From an uncultured Pseudomonadales bacterium (lineage in GTDB: Bacteria; Patescibacteriota; Microgenomatia; UBA1400; UBA1396), in the NCBI GenBank assembly GCA_964511175.1, contig CAZEEI010000002.1, positions 2,063-66,062 on the forward strand: DNA of 64,000 bases, given 5' to 3'. Below are positions 39,064 to 48,003 of this stretch, piece by piece (the first letter of the stretch is position 1; the number at the start of each line of letters is the position of its first letter). Under the pieces are notes generated by a model. That model saw only the letters and a program-made list of their open reading frames with translations. It had not been told where the DNA came from and made no database searches. A program made the position numbers and the translations under genes.

Positions 39064-39675
39064 CTACTGTTCACGGGCGAAAGTTAAAGCGACTACCTTA
39101 GTGGCGCCCTGAGCGAGCAATGCCTGGCGACAGGCGTTAAGGGTAGAACCAGTAGTCACCACATCATCAACCAGACAAATTTTAGTGTGGTACAGCGGTC
39201 GGGTGGCTTGAAAAGAATGCTGAATGGCGGCGCGCTGCTGGCGGTCTTGGCCGGCCTGGGCTTTAGCGTATACCGTGCGTCGCAATAAGCTGGGATCATA
39301 CTCCGCCCGCCAGCAGCGCGCCAACTCCCGCGCCACCAGTTCGGCTTGATTAAAACCCCGCCATTTGCGTTTTTTAGGATGTAGGGGAACTGGTAAGAAA
39401 ATCGGTTTGCCCTGCCGCCGCCAAAAATCGGGAAAACGCAAAACAATTAGTTGAGCGATTGTTCTGGCGTAGCGATAGCAGCGGCCATATTTAACTAACT
39501 TAACTAAGTCTTGGGCGCTGTCGCGGTACTCCACGGCACTGTAAATCCAATGATCCAAAGGTGGGTGATAGTTCCAAGTTAAGTCATTAAGGTGGTTGAT
39601 GCACAAATAACGTCCAAGCCGGTCGCACGCGGCGCAGCTGGGTGGAAAAATCAGGTCGAACAAATTGATTCGCAT
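39064..39675 (-). CDS. comF: ComF-family phosphoribosyltransferase-domain protein
   Basis: N-terminal CxxC...C, PVPLH....RGFNQA, LVDDVVTTGSTL. Confidence 0.9.
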   Translation of the reverse strand: MRINLFDLIFPPSCAACDRLGRYLCINHLNDLTWNYHPPLDHWIYSAVEYRDSAQDLVKLVKYGRCYRYARTIAQLIVLRFPDFWRRQGKPIFLPVPLHPKKRKWRGFNQAELVARELARCWRAEYDPSLLRRTVYAKAQAGQDRQQRAAIQHSFQATRPLYHTKICLVDDVVTTGSTLNACRQALLAQGATKVVALTFAREQ

Positions 39676-39726
39676 TAGTTTAACGATAGGGCTAAATAGG
39701 GACGTAAATGTTACAATAAGGGTCTG

Positions 39727-39816
39727 GGAAGGGTGCCGGAGTGGACGATCGGGCTTGTCTTGAAAACAAGTGCGGGTGCAAGCTCGCCCAGGGTTCGAAT
39801 CCCTGCCCTTCCGCCA
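39727..39816 (+). tRNA. tRNA-Ser(TGA)
   Basis: GGAAGGG/CCCTTCC acceptor, CTTGT-CT-TGA-AA-ACAAG anticodon arm, long variable arm, TTCGAAT, G73, encoded CCA. Confidence 0.96.
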
Positions 39817-39936
39817 TTTCGAAATTCAGCAAAATTAGGTATGAGGTTTTGTGTTATGTGATCGTGCTGACTTGCTCCAAAAACGAGTTATTGAGTTTGA
39901 TATACGGTTGCAACCATTATGTTACAATCTACGGAT

Positions 39937-40293
39937 ATGACCAATGTTGATAAGAGTCCAGAAATGCGAAGAATCATAGCTGAGGGGCAGAGTTTTCTCC
40001 CTCGAATCAAGGCACAATTGTCTAATTTGTCTTATATCCAGGGTGTACAGTGGAGCAATGGCGGCAGAGATTCGCATTCTTTTTCAATAAGTATCGATCC
40101 ATCTGTACTGAAAGACAGAAAACCTTCTGAGATTAGAAGTGAAATTCAAGCTTCTTGGTCCGACATAGGTGATTGGAGTTTTGGTAGAGTGCAAGGCATA
40201 CCATATAGAGATCCCCAACTAGGCACAGTGATCTTATTCGAACTTAATGTCACACTTTCAAATAGTAATGGTGGCTCAGATTTCATTGGTTGA
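39937..40293 (+). CDS. Hypothetical protein
   Basis: ORF preceded by TGTTACAAT; alternative start at 39919. Confidence 0.6.
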   Translation: MTNVDKSPEMRRIIAEGQSFLPRIKAQLSNLSYIQGVQWSNGGRDSHSFSISIDPSVLKDRKPSEIRSEIQASWSDIGDWSFGRVQGIPYRDPQLGTVILFELNVTLSNSNGGSDFIG

Positions 40294-40432
40294 GCTTCTC
40301 TTGTTGAAATCTAAGAAGTTATTGTGGTTGCTTCTTACCAGTGAAGGACGGAGTTGGTCTACTGGAGACACGATTCTGGAAAAGACAATTATAAGGCCGC
40401 ACAAATTCCAGGCCCAGGTGCTCCGCTCTAAA

Positions 40433-41428
40433 TCATCGGATTGTATTACCCTTACCCAGTAGTGTTATTAATTGATTCCTATCATATGGTGGATGACCAT
40501 AAGCAAAGACATCCATGAGAGCCGGACTGTCGCTGGGAGAGTAACCGGCAAAGTTTTCAACTATTCTAATTAGGTCATAAAGAACGTGATCGATTTTAGT
40601 TAAACTCCATCCCTGCTGCCTGAGCCAGTCAACCAATATTTCCGCCGCTTGACGTCTTTGGTTTTGGTGATCAAAAACACGTCCCGCCGTTGTCGCAATT
40701 GCTGGTTTATTAGGGATTAATCGTTCGAAAAAGTGAGCTAAAACTAATATTTCTACGCCGCGTGCCAGGTGCTCACGGTGGAAAATTACTCGACGATTGG
40801 CGGGGGTAGATGGTAAATAATGTTCTGCATAGTCAAGCCAGCCATAACGGGTAGCTATTGTTTGAGTACTAAGGCCCATCTGTTGCAAAAACGAATCAAT
40901 TTTGTGAGTTAGCTCATGAGCGGCTGTGGCTGTCAAAACAATATCCAACAATTGAGTGCTGTTGAGATGTTGTTTAGACGCGCGCAAAAACTGCTGTAAA
41001 AAGTACAAGTATTTTTTAATGTATGTTTCGCTAAGGGAATAAGCCTGCGCTGTATTAAGGGCAAAAGACAGACCAGTTTCGAGAGTTATTTGTGATGCGG
41101 GGTTTTGCCGCACGACATCAGCTACTACTAATTGATTAATATAGACAAGTTTAACCAAAAGATGTGCTGCCTGGTGATAAGTAGTGCGAGCACGTGAGAG
41201 GATATTTTCTGAATCCGGCAGAGTTAAATTCTGATAGGGGCGATGATTTTTAGGAGATAAAGCCAATTGTTGCCAGATTTGTTTAATTTCGGCTTGATTA
41301 AGCCAGGGTTGATCATTACTAAAGTCGAGCCAATTGTTTTTAACGCAAAGAAATAAAAAATGATAGAGCGAACAATCTCGAAGAGAGGCGGCAACATTTT
41401 CCGGCCTAAGTCGTTCTCTCTTTGACAT
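40433..41428 (-). CDS. Hypothetical protein with HExxH zincin-like motif
   Basis: AAHELTH followed by REHLA; TATAAT 8 nt upstream of ATG. Confidence 0.65.
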   Translation of the reverse strand: MSKRERLRPENVAASLRDCSLYHFLFLCVKNNWLDFSNDQPWLNQAEIKQIWQQLALSPKNHRPYQNLTLPDSENILSRARTTYHQAAHLLVKLVYINQLVVADVVRQNPASQITLETGLSFALNTAQAYSLSETYIKKYLYFLQQFLRASKQHLNSTQLLDIVLTATAAHELTHKIDSFLQQMGLSTQTIATRYGWLDYAEHYLPSTPANRRVIFHREHLARGVEILVLAHFFERLIPNKPAIATTAGRVFDHQNQRRQAAEILVDWLRQQGWSLTKIDHVLYDLIRIVENFAGYSPSDSPALMDVFAYGHPPYDRNQLITLLGKGNTIR

Positions 41429-41500
41429 ATTTTGATATTATACGATAAGTTACAGCGGTTAATTGACAGTCATTCCGCTGTCATACTACAATGAACCTCT

Positions 41501-42262
41501 ATGGAGCATTCTTCCTTTCACACCCTCAAAATTACGATTGCCGGTTTGTTTTTGCTGGCTGCCGGACTAACCGCTGCCTACTTTTTCCCCTGGCAGCAAA
41601 TCAAGTGGGGTCAGTTAGAATTGGCTCCCAGCCGGCTGATTACTGTTACAGGTAATGCTACCGAGCGGCAGCAAAACCAAGTAGCCCAATTTTCAGCTGG
41701 TGTTTCAGCGGTAAACGACGATAAAAATAATGCCTTGGAGCAAGTAAACCAAGCCATGGATAAGCTGGTAGCGGAAATTAAAGAGTTTGGTATTGAGACG
41801 AGTGATATTAAGACCGAAAACGTTAGCGTCTACCAAGGCGAAGAAACCTATTACGAGGATGGCCAACCCAAACAGCGCCCCGGTCAGTGGCGGGTGAATA
41901 ATTCAGTAACGGTGATTTTGCGCAACATCGACCGGGCTTCAGTTTTGACGCAGTTGCTAACCAAGAGTGGAGCGACCAATGTTTACGGTCCCAGTTTTAG
42001 GTTGGATACCGACAGTCAGCCGGGAGACGCTTTGCTGGCGGATGCCATCGACAACGCTCGCAAGAAGGCTGAAGCGATGGCTACAGCCAGCGGCGGTAAG
42101 TTGGGCAAGGTTATTAGTGTGACCGAAGGCAGTGCTGCCAGCCAAGTCTATCCTTTAGCTATGGCTGATGGTCGCGGCGGTGGCGGTGGCGAAGCCATTG
42201 AACCAGGCGCCTCCACGGTGAGCAAGCAGGTAACAGTGGCCTTTGAATTGGTCACTGATTAG
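41501..42262 (+). CDS. SIMPL-domain (DUF541/YggE/Bp26) protein
   Basis: N-terminal TM, ITVTG, DIKTENVSV, AIDNARKKAEAMA...LGKVISVTE. Confidence 0.9.
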   Translation: MEHSSFHTLKITIAGLFLLAAGLTAAYFFPWQQIKWGQLELAPSRLITVTGNATERQQNQVAQFSAGVSAVNDDKNNALEQVNQAMDKLVAEIKEFGIETSDIKTENVSVYQGEETYYEDGQPKQRPGQWRVNNSVTVILRNIDRASVLTQLLTKSGATNVYGPSFRLDTDSQPGDALLADAIDNARKKAEAMATASGGKLGKVISVTEGSAASQVYPLAMADGRGGGGGEAIEPGASTVSKQVTVAFELVTD

Positions 42263-42273
42263 TTATACCAACT

Positions 42274-43071
42274 CTATTTAAGTAGGTATCCGCCGTCGAC
42301 CACAACCTGCGATCCGGTCATGTATGACGACATTTCTGAAGCCAAAAACAGCACCGCCTTGCCAATGTCGTCAGGCACGCCCATGCGACCCATCGGTACT
42401 TCCATTTTCGGTGGATCCGGATTCCGCTCGGTGAGTTCTTTTCCCTGCGACTGCATCACCGCGACTCCCGGTGTCATTACGCCGCCTGGCGCAATGGCAT
42501 TGACCCAAATGTTGTCTTTAGCCAGTTCTAACGCCACATTTTTAGTAAACCCCCAAACGCCATGTTTGGAAGCATCATAATGGGCCAGACCAGCTGTGGA
42601 GGGATGCAAGGCGTCAATAGAGGTGATGTTAATGATCTTGCCGCCCTTACCCTGCGCCTTCATTTGTGCCGAAACATACTTAACGGTGAGGAATACACCC
42701 CTGAGATTGACGGCAATAACTTTATCGAATAAATCAGTGGTCATTTCGGCGAGCGTGCTGAATGGGTAGATGCCGGCATTGTTGACCAGTATGTTAATTG
42801 AGCCGAAAGCCGCGACAGTTTGTCCAACCAGATTTTTTACGTCCTCTTCCTGGGAAACATCGGCTTTGACCGACTGAGCCTTAAATCCTTGGGCCACCAA
42901 TTCACCAACCGCTTTTTTTCCCTCTTCATCATTGCGGTTGGCGATCATTACTTGTGCGCCTGCTTCGGCCAGACGGTAACTGATGCCATACCCAATGCCC
43001 AGCGATCCGCCGGTGACAATGGCAGTCTTGCCCGTTAGATCAGTGAGTTGGTTGCGCGGGGTAAGATCCAT
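42274..43071 (-). CDS. Classical short-chain dehydrogenase/reductase
   Basis: TGGSLGIG, NNAG, YDASK, VNAIAPG, VDGG. Confidence 0.93.
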   Translation of the reverse strand: MDLTPRNQLTDLTGKTAIVTGGSLGIGYGISYRLAEAGAQVMIANRNDEEGKKAVGELVAQGFKAQSVKADVSQEEDVKNLVGQTVAAFGSINILVNNAGIYPFSTLAEMTTDLFDKVIAVNLRGVFLTVKYVSAQMKAQGKGGKIINITSIDALHPSTAGLAHYDASKHGVWGFTKNVALELAKDNIWVNAIAPGGVMTPGVAVMQSQGKELTERNPDPPKMEVPMGRMGVPDDIGKAVLFLASEMSSYMTGSQVVVDGGYLLK

Positions 43072-43219
43072 AAAATTTATCCTTGAATAAATAGTTGATA
43101 ACTAACTTAATTGTATAAAAAAAGGAGGCTGAATTGCAAGTTTAATGATTTAATTTATAATACACTTTACCCATATGAGAAATAATACATTAGAATAATT
43201 AACTCAACGTCTTGCCGCT

Positions 43220-43867
43220 ATGTCTCGGAAAGAAAGTGAAAGAACAGATTTTGTTGAGGGGACAATTGAGGATGTAAGACGATGGCTACAAAAATCGCTG
43301 GGTATTTCCCACCAAGAGCTAGTTTTTAGAAAGGCAGGCCAGGATAGAAGAATCGATTACCAATATCCCTCTGACTACGGGCCGATTCGCGACACACTTT
43401 ATTATGACGGAAGAGCAGTCTTTTTAAGATCTAGGACTACTGGACAAACGCAACAAATTCTGGCAATTTATCCTAATTTTCCTGAACAGAGTGGAAGAAT
43501 TACATTTGAAACTTTAGAGGAATTTACAACTTGGAAAGCACAAAGAGAGAATGCTTTTAGAATAGACTCCACTCAACTTCCTAATAATCCTCAAAGAATC
43601 ATTGAGCAACTATCGGAAATTCCAGTATTGATCGGAGACAAGACTGAAATCGAACAAATGCTAAGTAATGCCACTGGTGGAAAAAGTGATGATTTAACAT
43701 TAGGGGAAAAAGTAGAATATGGAGATTACGGGGGAAATTCGAGAGCAGTGGAAGAACATTTCATGGAAATAAGTTTAGATGGTTTAACTTTATTAAAAAT
43801 AAAAAAAGACTTGAACGGAAACTATACCCTGGATATTGCAGAACTAATTGCGGTGCTTCCGCGTTAG
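43220..43867 (+). CDS. Hypothetical protein (AT-rich ORFan)
   Basis: 215-aa ORF after an AT-rich promoter region; no motif recognised. Confidence 0.65.
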   Translation: MSRKESERTDFVEGTIEDVRRWLQKSLGISHQELVFRKAGQDRRIDYQYPSDYGPIRDTLYYDGRAVFLRSRTTGQTQQILAIYPNFPEQSGRITFETLEEFTTWKAQRENAFRIDSTQLPNNPQRIIEQLSEIPVLIGDKTEIEQMLSNATGGKSDDLTLGEKVEYGDYGGNSRAVEEHFMEISLDGLTLLKIKKDLNGNYTLDIAELIAVLPR

Positions 43868-43939
43868 TCTTAACTAACAGAAAAATACCCAAGTGTGTAA
43901 ATTAAAAGAACCTAGTATCTTCGCCGACTAACTGGGAAG

Positions 43940-44341
43940 CTACGGCCAGTTTTTAACTTCGGCTTTGTCTATAGCTATCGCACACCTATTTTCAGCACAG
44001 CGACACGCAAACTTTTCGGTTTTATACCTAGACTGATACTTAGAACAATCACAATCAGCATCTTTTTGGCAAACAACGTTGTAACTAGTTCCTTCTGAAA
44101 GAGGACAAACAACGCGGCATTCACTATCAATTACCGCACTGCTAAAAGGACAGCTGGAACGCATTAAATATTCACCCGGAGGCGGAGGACAAGCCAAAGC
44201 TGAAGGCGTCGGCGTGGTACTAACGCTAGTTTTTTCTACCGAATTGTTAAGTAAATTGAAAAACTGATAATTGCTTAGCCACCAAATCACTAGGATCACA
44301 ACAATAAGAGATAGCACAATTAGAGTTGGGTTTTTTGACAT
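43940..44341 (-). CDS. Membrane-anchored Cys-rich small protein
   Basis: N-terminal TM, Thr/Pro linker, Cys-rich domain (CQKDADCDC...CRCAENRC). Confidence 0.7.
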   Translation of the reverse strand: MSKNPTLIVLSLIVVILVIWWLSNYQFFNLLNNSVEKTSVSTTPTPSALACPPPPGEYLMRSSCPFSSAVIDSECRVVCPLSEGTSYNVVCQKDADCDCSKYQSRYKTEKFACRCAENRCAIAIDKAEVKNWP

Positions 44342-44346
44342 TCTGT

Positions 44347-45114
44347 TTATTTTAAGCCAAAATACTCAATCGCTTGAGTTAGTGTGGGAGGGTAGCCCAT
44401 GAAGGCCACCTCATTTCTTTTTAGAGATCTTTCCTCTTTTTGCACCATTAGCATAATAGCTTGCCAAAAGGCATTTCGTAAATTCTCTGAGTTAGATGTG
44501 CTTCTAATAAGTTTAAGTACTTTTTGACGTCTTTCTTTTAGACCTCCTCCTATAGATAGTTCAAACAAGCGATAAATGGGTCGCAAGTTCTCATAGATAT
44601 AGGAGTAATTAGCAGAATAAAACTCGGCAATATCATAGGATGTTTGATTTTTGGGAAATTTTGCTAACAAATTCATGCCAGCTCTAACCAAACTTTCCAA
44701 GGATTCATTGGAGACATCGAAGACCAGATCCTCTCCTTTTTGTTGGAATAAAGACCTATATGTCTTATCTTTAAAAAAACCTGGTGTTAAAGATTGAAGA
44801 CGTTTAATAAAATTTGTGCGGGCAATTTGTTTAAAAGGTAGTGGTCTAGATTTTTTCTCTAAAATATCCAGTAGACTATCGGGAATTTTTGTCGGATCAA
44901 TAAAAAAATTAATATCTATATCGGAATTTTCCCGAGAAGTTCCTTTTACTTGTGAACCTAAGGCCGTTGCGCCAACAAAAGTTTCATCTAACTGTTTCAA
45001 TTTCTGGACCAATAGCTCAAGAGTTAGAAGTCTTTTTCTTCCAATCTCATTAAGACGAAACCTGATTCTTGGATTATCACCAACGCTTCGTTCTGGATTT
45101 CCAGTTACAATCAT
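44347..45114 (-). CDS. Pol-beta superfamily nucleotidyltransferase-domain protein
   Basis: LGSQVKG.....SDIDINFF (hGS-x10-DxD) plus helical C-terminus. Confidence 0.75.
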   Translation of the reverse strand: MIVTGNPERSVGDNPRIRFRLNEIGRKRLLTLELLVQKLKQLDETFVGATALGSQVKGTSRENSDIDINFFIDPTKIPDSLLDILEKKSRPLPFKQIARTNFIKRLQSLTPGFFKDKTYRSLFQQKGEDLVFDVSNESLESLVRAGMNLLAKFPKNQTSYDIAEFYSANYSYIYENLRPIYRLFELSIGGGLKERRQKVLKLIRSTSNSENLRNAFWQAIMLMVQKEERSLKRNEVAFMGYPPTLTQAIEYFGLK

Positions 45115-45139
45115 ATTTCACATTGTAAATCAAAATTTG

Positions 45140-45210
45140 TTGCCGGGCTAGGATTCGAACCTAGAATAAAGGCTTCAAAGGCCTCTGTGATGCCATTTCA
45201 CTACCCGGCA
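45140..45210 (-). tRNA. tRNA-Gln(TTG)
   Basis: TGCCGGG/CCCGGCA acceptor (U1-A72, consistent with GatCAB use), GAGGC-CT-TTG-AA-GCCTT, TTCGAAT; CCA not encoded. Confidence 0.94.
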
Positions 45211-45222
45211 AATCAGGTGTTT

Positions 45223-45244
45223 ATTATAACAGAAATGTTACAAT
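45223..45244. promoter_or_regulatory. Back-to-back extended -10 promoters for divergent tRNA-Gln and tRNA-Thr
   Basis: TGTTATAAT on minus (45223-45231) and TGTTACAAT on plus (45236-45244). Confidence 0.6.
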
Positions 45245-45256
45245 ACAGCTCGACGC

Positions 45257-45329
45257 GCCGATGTAGCTCAGTTGGTAGAGCGGCGGTATCGTAAACCGCA
45301 GGTCGTGGGTCCGATTCCCACCGTCGGCT
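45257..45329 (+). tRNA. tRNA-Thr(CGT)
   Basis: GCCGATG/CGTCGGC acceptor, GCGGT-AT-CGT-AA-ACCGC, T-arm GTGGG-TCCGATT-CCCAC; CCA not encoded. Confidence 0.92.
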
Positions 45330-46012
45330 CAGTGCTTCTTTTGCCTTCGTAATTGAGCCGCATCGCGCAGGCGTTTTAAAAGAAGATCAATTGTTTTCGG
45401 TGGAACGTCTCGATCAATTGCTGCCCGGACCCTGGTTCCCAGAGCGTAATACTCAGCATCCGCAGCATCGTAATCGACAAGATGGGCCGTTCCTGCATCT
45501 GCGGAATAACCATCTAAATCTGGCCATTGTTGATCCTTAATAATATGATCCATTTCTTCCCTCCCACCATCACGAAAAGTGTCTTCAATTGACCCTGTCC
45601 AAAATTTTTCATCGTACGCTGTTGATAAGTCGAGAGTATCCGTAGGGTCATATCCGGCAAACTCTTTAAGTATCTGGTTATTAAGATTAATTGCATAATA
45701 TTTTGGTTGCCGGCTCACCTCTGCATACCAGTATGCTTCGTCTTTACCGTCAGGCACTGGCAAGATTATTAGTTGGGGAAAAATGAAGTCATTCGGAATT
45801 TTCTTCTGACGTTTCTTTAGATGATAAGCATCGGCCATTCCCTGAACAAAGCAGTTGATTAGATGTGTAGCAGCATCTATTTCTGAGGTAGGGAAGTTTT
45901 GTTGCCGCAAAACGCTTTCCCAGTTTTTACTCATTAGGTTTAGTAAATCCTGTTCAGGGGAATTAATCAGAATTTCGGTAGTCCGAACACGATCGTCCGA
46001 TCCTCTTGGCAT
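45329..46012 (-). CDS. Hypothetical protein with zincin-like EExxH...E pattern
   Basis: GREEMDH...AEYYA; stop codon overlaps the tRNA-Thr discriminator base. Confidence 0.65.
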   Translation of the reverse strand: MPRGSDDRVRTTEILINSPEQDLLNLMSKNWESVLRQQNFPTSEIDAATHLINCFVQGMADAYHLKKRQKKIPNDFIFPQLIILPVPDGKDEAYWYAEVSRQPKYYAINLNNQILKEFAGYDPTDTLDLSTAYDEKFWTGSIEDTFRDGGREEMDHIIKDQQWPDLDGYSADAGTAHLVDYDAADAEYYALGTRVRAAIDRDVPPKTIDLLLKRLRDAAQLRRQKKH

Positions 46013-46057
46013 AGTATTCCCATAATACCTTATCCGAGATTCAAGAGCAGTGGCTGA

Positions 46058-46588
46058 CTACTTAAGTATCGCTGCTGCAGCAGTATCGTCACCCTTGGTT
46101 CGTCCGGGTTGAGTTGTACCAACCGGGCCAGTGGCTTCCGTGTAATCCACATCAACTGCCGTCATGGCTGCGGTGCGGACCGGCACTTTGGGAATAACCA
46201 ATTCTTGGCCAGCCGTGAGCATTTGGTCGTGAGCCAGACCATTTTCCTTTTCAATATCGACGTAGTTAAAGCCGGATCCATAGAAGGAAAGGGCAATATT
46301 CCAAGTAGAGTCGCCTGTTTTAACAGCATATTTGCTGGGAAGACCAGCCGGCACGTCTTGTCCTTTATCATTTTTTTCGAGCGTAACCGTGGCGGGCAAT
46401 TCCTCAGTGAGAATCGGTTCGGGCGTAACGTTAGCGGCCACTTCTGTTCCCGCGTTTTTACTTTGTCGCCAATCCTTGATGTAGGAAAAGAGTAAGGCCC
46501 CAATTACCACGACCACCATGGCGCCGAGAATCATTGAAATAATGGACTCACTATCACTAGCGACGGTTACAACTGGCTTTTTCGCCAT
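46058..46588 (-). CDS. Membrane-anchored LysM-domain protein
   Basis: TM helix then YAVKTGDSTWNIALSFYGSG...LTAGQELVIP; AAGGAG SD before MAKKP. Confidence 0.9.
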   Translation of the reverse strand: MAKKPVVTVASDSESIISMILGAMVVVVIGALLFSYIKDWRQSKNAGTEVAANVTPEPILTEELPATVTLEKNDKGQDVPAGLPSKYAVKTGDSTWNIALSFYGSGFNYVDIEKENGLAHDQMLTAGQELVIPKVPVRTAAMTAVDVDYTEATGPVGTTQPGRTKGDDTAAAAILK

Positions 46589-46704
46589 AACATACTCCTT
46601 TAGGGCAGACACTTCCAGGCGTTTGATCTGGTTTGATAATACCCTATAGGAAAAAATTAAGCATGGCAAGAGGGAATTATGGGGTATAATAAAGACCGTA
46701 ACTT

Positions 46705-46778
46705 GGTCGCGTGGTGTAGCTGGTTAACACACCTCTCTGTCACAGAGGAGACCGCCGGTTCGAATCCGGTCGCGGCCG
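46705..46778 (+). tRNA. tRNA-Asp(GTC)
   Basis: GGTCGCG/CGCGGCC acceptor, CCTCT-CT-GTC-AC-AGAGG, TTCGAAT, G73; TATAAT upstream. Confidence 0.95.
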
Positions 46779-46813
46779 CTTAGTGCATGGTTCCTTAGTG
46801 GAAAAGATTTAGG

Positions 46814-47665
46814 ATGAGATTTCACAAAGTTATGGTCAACATTGTCGAGCGGATGCGTCGGTTTATTACCAATGAGGCTGGCGTTAGGACGAGGCACCTA
46901 TTTCGTCTGAATATCGAACCTTTTGTCAGAATTGACGAAATTAAAATTAGGGGTCGAAAAAATTTGACCAAACTACCAGCCGGAAGATCAATTATTTTTG
47001 CCGTTACTCATTTGGATGATATTTCCGTACAAATTTTAGGTTATTGGTTGCTTAAAAATGGTTATGACGTTTTTTTCACACAGCAATCAGCACAGAAAAG
47101 TTTTCGCGAATCACCTCATATGGCAATGACGATGGTAGTTTTAGGCTGGAATCGCTTTTTTTCAATCCAATCCCGAACAGTTAAGGGAATGGTTCAAGGT
47201 AGAATTAATTATGGCGATTATCGCACTATTGCTCAGGCGGCACCCCAGTACTTAGTCATCGCTGCCCACAACCCGATTAAACCTTTCCAAAAGCACGAAC
47301 TTCCCCCTAAAGCCGGTAAAGCCGTACCTCTGACCGCTATTGTGATTAAGGGTATAGTATTGCCGGTGGCAATTCACTTTGAGGGTAGCGGGCCCACGAT
47401 GGAGAAGCTGGCTACCGGTTTTAGGAAACCAGTTATGATTAGTTTTGGTAAACCAATTGATTGTTTTGCTGATCAGGATATTTCCGCTGTGAAAGCTAGA
47501 AATATTGTTCAGCGCCTCCTGATTAGTGGTAATCAAGAGCAGCGTCTTGATCAGGAAACGATGGGGTATTTGAAAAAAATTGGCAACCAAATTATGTCGA
47601 CGTTGGCTTCGCTTCTGCCCGAGGAAGAAAAGGGTAATTGGGAGTCTGGCCAGCAAATGATATAG
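46814..47665 (+). CDS. Divergent PlsC/LPLAT-like acyltransferase-fold protein
   Basis: IRGRKNL..LP...SIIFAVTH, IVLPVAI, VMISFGKPI layout; canonical HxxxxD spacing not preserved (THLDDIS). Confidence 0.6.
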   Translation: MRFHKVMVNIVERMRRFITNEAGVRTRHLFRLNIEPFVRIDEIKIRGRKNLTKLPAGRSIIFAVTHLDDISVQILGYWLLKNGYDVFFTQQSAQKSFRESPHMAMTMVVLGWNRFFSIQSRTVKGMVQGRINYGDYRTIAQAAPQYLVIAAHNPIKPFQKHELPPKAGKAVPLTAIVIKGIVLPVAIHFEGSGPTMEKLATGFRKPVMISFGKPIDCFADQDISAVKARNIVQRLLISGNQEQRLDQETMGYLKKIGNQIMSTLASLLPEEEKGNWESGQQMI

Positions 47666-47690
47666 TGCTGGTGGGGAGTAAAATAGTGTT

Positions 47691-47945
47691 ATGATCGGAA
47701 AAACAGCGCGAATGGAACGCCACATCGACTTAAACAGGGGCAAAATCACTCAGACAGAATATGATCAGGAGGTGGAGGCGGCAATAGCAGTAGTTTTGCA
47801 ACGGTTTAGTGAAGTTTTAGCTGAGTTCGACAGCCCTGAGGCATTAATTGAGGCCTACAATGATGGAAAAATCACCTACAAAGACTATGTCGATAGTTTA
47901 AGAACCATGGCTCGACAGCGTTTCGAATTATTATTAATACGATAA
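47691..47945 (+). CDS. Small hypothetical protein with two SHOCT-like motifs
   Basis: RGKITQTEY and DGKITYKDY. Confidence 0.55.
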   Translation: MIGKTARMERHIDLNRGKITQTEYDQEVEAAIAVVLQRFSEVLAEFDSPEALIEAYNDGKITYKDYVDSLRTMARQRFELLLIR

Positions 47946-48003
47946 TTTTTAGCTTTGGCGTAAGATAGGGTATAATTTTCTTGTACAGAAAAAAGGAGTA
48001 ACA

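Noticed and set aside
39741-39950. 69-aa ORF
   Set aside because: Overlaps tRNA-Ser and a promoter region
40294-40432. Possible structured ncRNA (two modest hairpins) between convergent ORFans
   Set aside because: No SRP, 6S or riboswitch consensus recognised; hairpins are compatible with chance or termination
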